Below, piece after piece: positions 38,738 to 50,377 of a stretch of DNA of 64,000 bases (position 1 is its first letter; each line of letters opens with the position of its first letter). The stretch comes from Pelomyxa schiedti. Taxonomy: Eukaryota > Protista > Evosea. Below the pieces are notes generated by a model that had not been told where the DNA came from, made no database searches, and worked only from the letters and a program-made list of their open reading frames with translations. The stretch spans positions 9,980 to 73,979 of the forward strand of contig JAHLWZ010000173.1 of NCBI GenBank assembly GCA_020536535.1, read 5' to 3'. Position numbers and translations under genes: made by a program.

Positions 38738-41700
38738 ATGTTGAAGCAGGCGTTGTGGAAACACAAAATATGGGACAAGTTCTTTGGGTGGTTTAAGTTC
38801 TGCAGATTTTTTGTGATAGGTACAGAACCCAGACCTTGTTGAAATGTTTTTCTTCATTGCTGTTTCACAATGCATTAATTGCTTTTTCTCTTCCTTTCTT
38901 CTCTTTGGCAACAGGTTTTTGGCTAGTATGTTTGGGAGTGTCATTGCCTTTTGTGCCGAAGTTCATATCACAGTTAAACGTTATATTCACTGTGCCCGAG
39001 GGAAGCCCTTCAGGTTTTTTTGTGATTTCTAATTTCTACCTACTCTCGTTTTTAGAAGAATTTCTATCTTAACCACAGTCTAGTTGTGGCAGAGGAAATG
39101 CTACATTATAAATACCCAAGTGCACAACCACAGTCCACCGATTTTCTTTTACTAAGGTGCACTGAAATGGGTGTCATTGATCCACGTTTCATCAATGAAA
39201 CGACGATCACTCTGTTGGTTGTCCCCAACTTCTCTTTTTGAGGACTAATATTGACTACAGAATATGCTTGAAAATAGCACCTACACTCAAGGGGACCTGC
39301 CAACTGTGGCAGGAGTTTCAGGTATCCTTCAATCGCTTGTTGGTTGTGGCCTCACTCCAAGTAGGGTACTACACAGCAATGCAAATGGGTCAACCGAAAG
39401 TGGCTTCTTTTTATATTTCTCCAAATGGAAGAAGCAGCATTATTTCCATGACTGTACATTATGACTGTGAGCACAACAATATTTCTCAGTTGGGGTGGTG
39501 GGAGTTGGGAACGTTGAATCTAATTCCTCTCAGCGGACCCTGACTGTTACGAATTTATAAGGGATCTGAGAAAGCAAGTTGTAAACTGGGATACATGGAA
39601 TGACACGTACCCCTTTGTTCTGAATAAACTTGAAATACTCACTCCTAGAGTTTAGGTATGAAATAGAGGTGTTTGGTTACGAGCCTCTAGTGATAGATGT
39701 CGAAGATTACTGTGTACGTGACCTGGAGCGTATTGAATATGTTGCTCTGCCTCTAGCATTGTTGGTGTTGATGTGTATGCTTAGGTCGATCACCCTGGTA
39801 GGATGCCTTGTGTTTCACTGTGTATTGACTTGGCCTAATTAGCTCCAAGGTTATAATTCCGATTATAAATGTAGCAATATGCACTTGCCTGTCGTTTGCA
39901 CTGTTGTATCCAATTGCCGCTTTTTCAATGAATATATCCGTATTTGGACCACCAATACAGTACGTTTCAGAGCCAGTCCCCTAGTCACTCAAACAACGTG
40001 ACTTCAGGTTATCGCTGATCATTGCAATGAACATCGATTACTCTCTCTTCATTTTAATGCGCTACAAAGGTTTCTTAATATCCTTCTTTCAAAACTAAAA
40101 TTAAGCAGAGGAGTTAGCCAATGGCTATGATTACGTAACAGCAGTTTCTAATTGCTGGTTTTACTCTGGGCGTGTTGTTCTTACCAGCGGAACGGTGTTA
40201 ACAATCACGTTTCTTGTATCTATTGGACTTCGTTTTTCCCACACCCACACCCACACTTTGTAGGGACTGAGCCTGTTTCCTCTGGAATTTGTAGCTGCGA
40301 TTGGAATTTCAGCGACCGTTGGCCTTGTCTTTACGCTTCTTGTTTCCCTCACATTGGTACTTTCCTCTTTTTCCAAGGATTTTTCTGACACCCACTTGGT
40401 GAAGACTCCTGCCCTACTTCTGGCCATTCCTTGTTACAAAGTCCAAGGAATTATTCCTTGTATCAAGTAACTTTCACACAAACAAATAACTGAAGTACTG
40501 AACAGTATTAGGAAGTGCCGTAATAACCCGCCAGCAGATCTTAACACAATTAAAAAGTCCCCATGGTTCAAACTCGCTTCCCTTATTACCAACGTTCCTT
40601 GGGCGATCGCTTTTTCTTGCGGAGTTGTATTACTCCTAGCTCCCTTCATTGGGACATTGGCTTGTACGTAGTGTTGCTGCCATCTTATTTTACATTGATT
40701 ACTTTTAGTTTGGTACGTTACTTTGGATGATTCCCAACTGTATCCCCTTGGAAGTCCTAGTGTAGAGGCCCTGAATGATTTAGAAGAGGATTGGCCTCCA
40801 GGTTTGGCTTTCAACTGAGAAGTTTCTCTAACGAAAAGAAAAGGCCTTCTCCTTCCCTACCAAGTACTTGGCTGTACAAATACCACGACAGTTTACTCTG
40901 AGGGCTACTACAATGTCTCTTCCAAGGTTGTCTCTGAAATAAGCAAACTTGGTGGCGTAAATTACGAGTTACTTCCATTCTTGTAATTGCAAATCTGATG
41001 TCTTCCTCAAGTAATATCCTTGGAATAACCGATATTGCGGGTATTCATTTTTCTTGGAGTATAGCTGAAAAACTACTGAGCAATGATACCATCTTTTACG
41101 AAGGACCACTGAGTATGTAACAATGAAAAAATCGGTGACTGATGCACATCAAGGCGAGGCCTACAGTGCAGTAGTTTCTGGGCTCGTAAATCACGATAGT
41201 ACTGCGTCATTGATGTACGTTATAACTTCCTTTGACCCTGTGACGAATATCACAGGTTTCATCTATGTCAACTTTTATCAGCCTGACACTTCATAGATTT
41301 TATTGAGGCACTTCGCCCAATTCTGGAAGCTAATAGTAACTCTGAGTATTCATTCTATCTCCCTGGAACGCTTCCAGCTGAAATGGACTGTGCTGAAATC
41401 ACCTTGACGTACCTCCCTTGGCTAATTGTGATCACAACAGCTGTGGTGGTTGTAATGCTAATAGTGGTCTTTCGGTCTTTGTTCATCGCTGCGCGAGTCG
41501 TTTTGACAATCGGGTAAGCGGTTACCTGTAATATTGCCACTAACTTGCGTAAAAGGCTTACTATAGTCTGGGTAAGTAATTGGCCTCCTGACGAGATTCT
41601 TTACAGCCATTCTTCCTTAGGTCTATGGGTTTAGTTCTGCTGTATTTTCTTCCAACTGGTTCTGGTGGTCTTCTGCTCGATTACAAGACGTTTACGGCAT

Positions 41701-42356
41701 CTATTGGTTAACCCCTGTTTTGACATTCAGTTTTATTGGTTTGTTCACTGTGGTCCTCTTTTAAAAATTCTGACAACCTGTAGTTGGTCTGGGGTTGGAT
41801 TATGGTGAGTGGCTTACAATACTGAGCAAATCTAAGTTGCGTCACAGATATCTTCTTATTTAGTAGAATTGTTGAGTACAGAGAACAAGGCTTCTCTGAT
41901 AAACTTTCAGTGCAACTTGGGATGCAAAAAACCGGTTCTATAGTGACAGGTTTGAAAGCAGTTACAAATTTTCCTTCCTTAAATTCCACAGTTGCTGGAA
42001 TCATTATGGCCATAGCATTTGGAGGTTTAATGCTCGCTTCTACCTGGATTGTTATTGAAATGGGTACTCCAAGCCACTCAACCCGCACAACACATTTTCC
42101 CAATAACTCTAAAATAGGATTCCTTGAAGCGTTTGCGGTACTGGTTGATACTTTCTTAGTGCGTTCTATAGTAGTACCATCCATAGTGTACTTGGCCGGC
42201 CCAGTCAATTGGTGGCCAAGAAAGCTGCCTGTGAAGTACACTACTCTGGACCAGGATGCCTATTTGCTAATTCAAGACGACCCAAATGCACACCTATCCC
42301 CTGCTCCCTCAGGCACAAAAAACATTCAGGAAGAGGAAGACCCATCAAGTTTCTAA
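38738..42356 (+). CDS. MMPL-family (RND superfamily) transporter
   Basis: DLERIEYVALPLALLVL; IAMNIDYSLFILMRYKEEL; GRVVLTSG; GLGLDYDIFLFSRIVEYR; AVLVDTFLVRSIVVPSI...NWWP. Two-repeat RND topology, many introns. Confidence 0.9.
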
Positions 42357-42639
42357 CTCAACAAAACACCACAGCGCCATGTAAACTACCCCAACTGAGA
42401 AACATTCTTTTTTTTTTGGTTTGCACTCCGCGTGCATTTTCTACAATACACATCTCTTAGCCTGGATCTGCACCTCGCTTTTCAAATTTCTTTTCTAAGT
42501 AACGTGAAACCCGACGCGTCGGTTTTGCCTTGAAAAGCAAACAAAAAAAACAAGGGGCTGAACGGGGCCTTTACACGGAAAATTACCACGAACGACAGTC
42601 ACCCCCTGAACAAACAAGGGACAACAAGACAACAGCACA

Positions 42640-45600
42640 ATGAGCGACGATATTGGCCAAGAAACGAGCACGAGCCTCGGCCCTGATGAAGTCACCAGAG
42701 TCACTCACGGTGAAAATGAAAATCCCTATGGTGTGCCTGCGTCCCTTTCATTCATTCATTCGTTCTTTCTCTCCTTCGAGTATTGAAGATGCTTGTTGTG
42801 CAACGAAAAACAAAAACAACAAAGCCAATTGTGCTTTTTTTGGGGTGTTACTTTTTTGGTTTTGTGGTGAGAGTATTGATGGGTTTTTTTCAGGGGATTC
42901 GTATGATCAGAACAACACATACAAGTCACATGGTGATAATTCTGCGGATTGTGATTGTGCAAATGGAAGTGGGAACTCACCACCTCGAATTTTTTTGGGT
43001 TTGAACGTAAATTCCCGTTGTTGGGGATTAATTTCTTACAATAGGGGAACCTGATGTATCTTCAGTATCACTTGAGACAATTTACTTTTCACACGCATTT
43101 TACACTGAAGATCCGTTCCGGCAGAGTGTAAGCCATATTTCCAGTCAATGTATAGCTGCTTTCTTGTGAAACGTAACGTAACCATTATATTTAAAAAGTA
43201 TCCATTGAAATATCTGGAAGCGATTCGGCTACTATCACTCAATTTCCTTCCTATTACTTCTATACACATTCTGTGGAAGATGAAATGGCATACAACATCA
43301 GTCCTTGGAGGGAAAAACAGCTTGACCCCTACTCAAAGAATCCAACTCCACCACACAACCTTTCCATTATGTTGCAACAACTGGAGGATCTTAGTCTTCC
43401 TTCCAACTGTGCCATTACCCGCACTGTATACCAACACTGTGGGTTACCTATATGTCTTGCTGTGGTGAGCACTATATTCACTGCTTTGCCAACTGACACT
43501 GACACATAAAGGTACAACTTGAATTTGTGCAAGAAAATGTCGAAACTTTTCTGTCACGAATTCAACTGCCAGCACTTATACCAACGTTCAAAGCGCAGGA
43601 CATCACTGCCCTCAGCACTTTGCGACCCATGACAACTGCCCACTTCGAGGAAATGCGAATCAGCATAGGGAACCGAATTAAACTTACAAATGCACTTTCT
43701 CTACTGCCACAGACACAATCAATACCACCTGTAAGTCTTCTACATCTTCAGTTACCTTTCACGGATCTTTTTTTTTTGTGCAGACCACAATTGTATTAAA
43801 AGATGGAGACATCGATACATTTCTGGGCAGAATACAACTTTCTTCGCTGATACCTTCATTTACATCCCAAGACATTACGTCACTGAGTGTTATGAAGGCT
43901 TTACAACCAAAAGATTTTACCGATCTCGGCATTAGTATCGGAAATCGCATTAAAATTCAAGAGGCACTTGGTTCCGTTGTGATTGCAGACTCACCACCTT
44001 CCCCTCCCCATTCACCACCCGTGCTTGCCATGCCCTCTGCAAGGACACCTTCTCCATCAGCACCTTCCCCGATTAGCCTTGCTTCAGCAACACACTTTAT
44101 ATTATCAGCAACAACTCCGCCAACCACAGCACACGCATTTGTACCATGCGTTACACCTCTTCACTCACGGACCAGAGATGTATCACCTCCTCCAGCAAAT
44201 ATTCCCACCTCTTCAGCCTTCCTTGAATCTTCATCAACAGCCTCATGCTCTGCAGCTTCCCCAGGCCAAAATATGGAAAGTGTTATTCTCACAGGCGTTG
44301 TTGTCGATTATAGTCGACCTCTCGGGAAGGGCTCCTTTGGGACAGTTTGGATGGTTCGTACTCACAGTTTTCGACTTTATAATAATTTTTTGCAGGGTAC
44401 ATGGTTTGGGAGCATTGTGGCTGTGAAGCAAGTCCTCGCCACTAGTGAACTTGTTAAAGAAGTTGACGTTAATCGGTATTGGCACGTTTTCATGTTTCTT
44501 CTCTAATTGGTCTTCAGGAGACTGAACCATCCCAATTGCCTGCGATGTGTGTGCTCTTTAACCTCTTGCAAAAAATAACCTTCCTTAAGACTATGGCGTG
44601 TGGTACAACAACAACGTCCCCCACATGGTTCTAGAGGTTGGTTCCTTCCTTCCTTTTACTATTTCTTTCCTAATTTATTACACAGTTCATGGATGGGGGT
44701 GACCTGCATACTTTTTTACGGAACAAGAAGAAATCCGGTGGAAGTTTCCTCACCCCAGATCTGCTTCAAATGGCCAGAGATGCTGCCTGTGGAATGATGG
44801 CCATGGAAGAACAGCACATTGTTCACCGAGGTTTCACTTCCAAATCAAAATTTTCTTGTCACCAATTGTTTAGATCTGGCCGCCAGAAATCTACTGGTAT
44901 CAAAGACTTCAGAGGGATTTGTTGTAAAAGTAACCACCCTGATCAAGTGACAGTTCTCAGTATTGTTAGGTCGGAGATTTTGGCCTCTCAAGGCCAACTG
45001 TTGACGGGATCTACGAGGCATCAAAAAGCAAATTTCCAGTACGCTGGACTGCTCCTGAGTGTGCAGTCGACAAGAAGTTTACTACTATGTCTGATATCTG
45101 GAGTTATGCAGTTACTTTATGGGAAATTTTCACACACGGAGAGGTAGCTCATTTTCATTGTGCTTTGCCTTTGTATTTATGAGTTACTGTGCAGATACCC
45201 TATTCCAACCTCTCCAATGATAAAGTGCTTGCTGCTATTCAGACAGGCACTAGATTGGTAATGCCCCAGAACTGCCCCTTGGCTGTGTACCACCTCATGA
45301 AGCTATGTTGGGACATATCTCCACATCACCGCCCGACTTTCCGTTCCATCTTCAACACTCTTACAGAGGTTATGGCACAGCTTAAGACTGCCACTACTGT
45401 ATCACAACTGTGTCCTGGCACTTCCTCCCTGGACACAGCCCCCCCAAACCAACTCGCATCATCTTTCAATTCCCAATTGCCAGACCCAACAGTTCGGCAA
45501 CCGGAATGTAACCAACTTTCAATGTCTTCATCACCCGCACTTGCTACATCAACACCTGCACTGGTGTCTCTGTCTACAACAACGACTACAACCTCAACAA

Positions 45601-46675
45601 CAGCTTCTACTCAAGGTACATTCACTGAAAAACAAATTTTCATTACAATTCACCTGCACTTCTTAAAATGACATACCCCACCAGATGTACGAATGGTAGC
45701 CAAGTCATCACCTAACATCATGGCCTCGCTCTCAGACCAACAAAGTCTCTCACAAAGACCTCTTTCCAAATCGATCACCAGTTTGCAACGTCCAACGACA
45801 ATGTTGGTCACAAAAGATCCACAGTGTGCAACTTTAGCAGTTGTAATTATCTCTAAGATTATTCAGATCCTATGCACGGCCAGTGTATCATGTACCATAT
45901 GTATCAACATCAACAGTACCATCTTTCACCTCCAGTGGTTCAAGGTTTTTTCTTGTATTTTTCCTTTTTTCCTCAATAAACAATTCAGTTCGAATACAAC
46001 TCCGACAGATAGTACCCATCCCTTGAGAGAGATGGGAAACAAAGAGAGGGACTTATTCAAGTGGGCCCAAGTATATCAAATTCAATTCTTGTACTTTTTG
46101 ACCTTCACAAGACATCGCGATTCGATCTACTAGAAAAACTCATCCGAAATGAATTTGGAAATTTAAATCTAGAAGCCCGAACTGAATTGGGCAACACGTT
46201 TCTGCATTACCTTGCTGCATTGAGACATATTGACGAAAAGGTTAGAATACCTAACGTCCCTCCTCGTCCAACACCCACCCAGAACTTGAACTTTTTGGAG
46301 CTTTATTGCGGACACATTTTCCAACTGGGAAATGACAAGAAAGAAACACCTCTGCACATTGCCTGCTTAAGCAAAAACAAGGTACTTATACAGTTCCTTG
46401 TTAGACAGCACTGTGACCCAGAAGCCAAAACAGAGTTTGTCCCAAAAACCAAAAACAAATAACTACACTGAACCATTCAAGAACAAACAATTTCGAATAC
46501 AACATAACCCCACTAACCCAAAAATAGTCAAGGCCTTACATGCTACGACTATGCACTCCAGGATGAGGCCATTATACAGTATTTGGATTCTGGAGGTGTC
46601 ACACAACACTGTAGCGTTGACCCATCACGGGCCGCTACTTTGGGCATAGAGCTCCCACCTCCATTTGCATGTTAA
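42640..46675 (+). CDS. SAM-SAM-tyrosine kinase-ankyrin repeat protein
   Basis: Two SAM domains (ISIGNRIKL/I); GKGSFG, VAVK, HRDLAARN, DFG, FPVRWTAPE, SDIWSY; C-terminal GNTFLHYLA and ETPLHIAC. Splice phases are consistent from kinase to ankyrins. The 5' exons are less certain. Confidence 0.85.
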
Positions 46676-46816
46676 ATACTATACAAACTGTGCAATGTGT
46701 GTAGTGTTGTGTTGTCAATAATTTATCAACAAGGGAAAACCCTCCCAAAACAATGTTTATTTTTTTCCCCTTCTTTTTGTCTGTACAATGAATTCGAGAG
46801 TTTTTTCCTTTTAAGG

Positions 46817-49171
46817 TCATAATACAATAAGTACCAGAAATACCCCAGCCACAGCACACAGGTTTAGGGTGACCCTAGAACCAGAGCTAAGTTCATTGGG
46901 TTGTGATGAACTGGACTCAAAAGATAGGGATGAAGATGATTGGGATGAGGATGATTGGGATGAAGACGATTGGGATGAGGATGAGAGTGATTTGGATGAG
47001 TATGAAGACCAAAATTGATTTGAGCGGCCTGGGTGAAGTTTGTCAATACTGATAGGTGACCCACCAATGCCCTGTGGGTCATTGATGTACTTATTGACAC
47101 TAGCTTGGTCATTGAGCTGAAGAAGTGGTCAGAGAAGAATGGTGTTTGATAAGGTACCTTGGAATCAACTACTTGTGTGGCATTCGCCAGAATAGAGAGG
47201 GCGTCCCCCCCATAAACTAAGGCGCTATTGGTCACAACTCTTTTTTTCCAAGGAGTCAGGAAAACTCTTCCGCACTGTTAATACCTATAGGAAGCTGACA
47301 TATTCAGGTCGGCTCCTTGGATTTTTACGTACTGCACTCCATAGTGTTGCATGTCGTAGTGCCACCATTCAAAGGTAACTCCGGAAAATTGAAACATTCC
47401 GTAAGAGAGTCCAGCAGCTTTCAGTATAACTTGGTTAACCTACAAATTATTATTTTGTGGATTCGTTTCCATTTGGTAACCTGTTGACCTGTGAGGGTCA
47501 TTAATATCAAAGTATTTGCGACGGGAAGTACATTGTAGGTATCATCCCATGTTACATTACATTCTGCACTAGGTTATCAATTTTTCTTGTGAGACGCAAG
47601 TACCTGGGTGAGCACAAGTAATGTCTGCACGAAAACTACCTGGATTGCAGAATCCCATAGCCACACTGTTGTCTTTGACTGAATTATCCCATAAATCTGC
47701 AGCCCAAAGATATGAGTCCGTTATCAAGTCACCCTAGATTAAGACATTATCAAACAGAGGAAATCGTACGTAAACAATACCAGAAGAGATTCTCCGGTAT
47801 AAATTCGTGTGAGATTTATAGCAGTCTGTCCTACAATTTGTTCAGTTACAGGTGCAACTTGTTCATTCCAGTATTCGATCTGAGCTGTGACTTCGGGATC
47901 CTCCTGGCAGGTCGTGGCATTTATAACATTCAACCAACCGGTGATGTGAGTATTGTCTCCATTTAAGTGTACTGAAATCTTTTTTTTTTTTTTTTGTTGC
48001 GGTGACGTCAGAGAGTAATCACTATCTTGTTGTTTTACCTGCCCGACCCAGCGGCCTTTGTCGCCAGTTATACAAATCATAGTATCATCTACAATAAAAG
48101 GCTGTTGAAGGGCAAGGTGATCGTGGGCTCCAATCATCAGTGGCACTGGTTTGCCAACAGCAGTGAGCTGACCAGCAAGTGATTTAAGTCCCTGAAAGAG
48201 GTGAGTAAACGAAATTAATTGAAATTAGAGGCAACTTGGTAAGTCTTATCACCTGAAACTACGTCATGAAGCCCATCATGGCAAAGTAATAACATAAAGT
48301 CACATAGTGGCTTAACTTCATCATAATAGTGCATAACAGTCTCAAATAGTTCACGAAACTCCAGACCTATGACTAACATAAGAGTAGGAACTAAAAAGGG
48401 CAATGCTGCACCATCAGTAACACCTCTTGCAGCAATATCGGGGGCTTGTGTTGTTGTTAACCCGATGATACCCACATCAATCCCTGTGAAATGGAAGATT
48501 TTGTAAGGAAGGGCCCATGGAGGATGCACCCAGTTTGATCCATTCAAGATAATATTTGCAGAAAGCCATGGAAATGTTGATTGCGTCACGCGGTCTAGTG
48601 TAAAAATGTAAATCATAGTTGGAATGCTGTGAGAAGCTGCCTTGGAAGGTAGAGGCTCCTTTATCAAGTTCATGGTTACCAATGACAGCGGCATTGTATC
48701 CTTCAAGCAAAGCGTCACTACGACCCCGCCCAAGAAACTAACAAATGTATACCGATTGTATTAAAGATTTCAATTGTACTCTCTCCATATACAAGGGCCG
48801 ATATAGCGGGCCCACTGAACATAGTATCGCCACCATCCAGCAATAAAAGAGGTACCCCAATATTTGCTTTTCTCACTTGCTTTATAAACCAGGCCACTTT
48901 GTCCGCCCCTCCTTCTCCCTGTGCATTTCTGGGCGAGACAATTATAATGGGATTAACGAGCTGGTGAAGAAGAGAAGATGGTGGGGGTAAAAAAAAATTA
49001 CGCTTCCAGGTTGCCGTGAAAGTCGTTGGTGTGCAGTATAATGAGATTGGTGCTGTCTGTTTCCGACGAAGAGGAAAGGCTGGCACTGTCAGACTGGGAA
49101 AAAGACAGAGACCCAACCACACATGCAACCGCAAACAGCAGTATTATTACTCCCCCTTCCCATGCTCCCAT
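46817..49171 (-). CDS. 5'-nucleotidase/UshA-like metallophosphoesterase, secreted, with C-terminal anchor
   Basis: Signal peptide; ILHTNDFHG; LLLDGGD; GNHELDKG; GAHDH; NPGSFRADI; SQSSS repeats, then a hydrophobic C-terminus LCAVAGVFLVLIVL* (GPI-like). Confidence 0.92.
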
Positions 49172-49430
49172 GAGGAACAACTTATTGTCTAACCAAAATG
49201 GTTCCAACCCAAAAACCAAAAGTGGCCAAAGGATCAAAGATTTTTTTATTGAGCGATTTTCTGTTTCAGAGATGATCACGAGGTTTTCTCAAAGGCCCCA
49301 CTTCTAAGCATACTGGGGGATTGACATTCCCAACTTCAAAAATGATGCACAGGCCATTTATTGTTATGTCGGTTTTGTGAACCTTATTCGAGGGTTTCCA
49401 CACCCATACTTAGGTGTCACCTAAGGTCCT

Positions 49431-50345
49431 CTATCCCTTCTGTCTGATCCACCTGGAACTGGTAAATAGGTCTCTTGTGTGCAGGAGATATGGGTCCTTT
49501 TGAGGCCTGAACATTTTGTGGTGCTTGGCTTCAACAATCAGGCATATTTGAGATTGATGCTCTGTTCTCACCAATTCAACCACGTTCACACCGGGAATCG
49601 CTTTCAATGATGGTGGGAATATGTCATGAGTTGGCGCCAGGAAAGGTATCTTCATGTCTTGCATGCTTTTGGGTATTATTGACCTTTTATTGAGTAGTTG
49701 CTCAAATTGGGCAGAGCAACGACTCCTGTAGAAGTTGTAAACCAAAGCTGTGAGAAAAGGAAGAACCTTTTGGCCCTGAAGTCCCCCACGATGCGAGGCT
49801 GCAGCAATGGCAACTCCGGCGTACTACTCCATCACTCTTGGTGCTCCTCTCAGTCTGGGTCTTTACATGTTGCTGAATTTGAGCACGATTCAGCCAAGCC
49901 TTGCAAAGAGGAATTCCTTCCCTATTTTCATCCAAGAAGCTGAACTGGTCTTTGTAATTCGCACAGAGTGACAGGAATAGAAGCGGTTCACATTCAATTG
50001 TGGATGAGAATGAGGCTGAGGACGAGGCTGAGGATGAGACTATTTGTCCTGGCCGTCCTCATCCTCATCCTCGTCTTCGCGGGCAGTACATGCGACGGCA
50101 GCACGCTGACGCTGCCACAGGCTAGTTGGTCAGACAGGGGTTTGTATGTTATATCGTCGTGTACTGTCGGCTTGCTGGTAGCGCCACTCGGGTTCGCAGA
50201 GGGCTTTGGCAAAGCGGTCCTGCGCCTGTTTGCGTGGGACCGTGATTATAATCAGGACAGGTTTGGCTTTGCGTCGAAAGGCCTGTGCGACAGAAGAGAT
50301 AGGGCTACCATCATCCCCAGTCCGAGCTAGCAGCTGGGGGCTCAT
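49431..50345 (-). pseudogene. fragmented ORFs, probable decayed gene
   Basis: Protein-like blocks in different frames separated by stops; no family recognised. Confidence 0.25.
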
Positions 50346-50377
50346 GTCAGAGGTGTAGTCCCTTTCCCGTAAAAGAG

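Noticed and set aside
39322-39364. Intron starting GTATCCTT (U12-like donor) in the MMPL gene
   Set aside because: No convincing TCCTTAAC branch site; with such variable donors, one match can arise by chance.
46925-47000. 15-bp tandem repeat with an HPNH-rich ORF
   Set aside because: The correct frame encodes the SQSSS linker of the 5'-nucleotidase.
50004-50080. Hairpin from opposed gaggat/atcctc runs
   Set aside because: Low-complexity microsatellites in opposite orientation; no support for a structured RNA.
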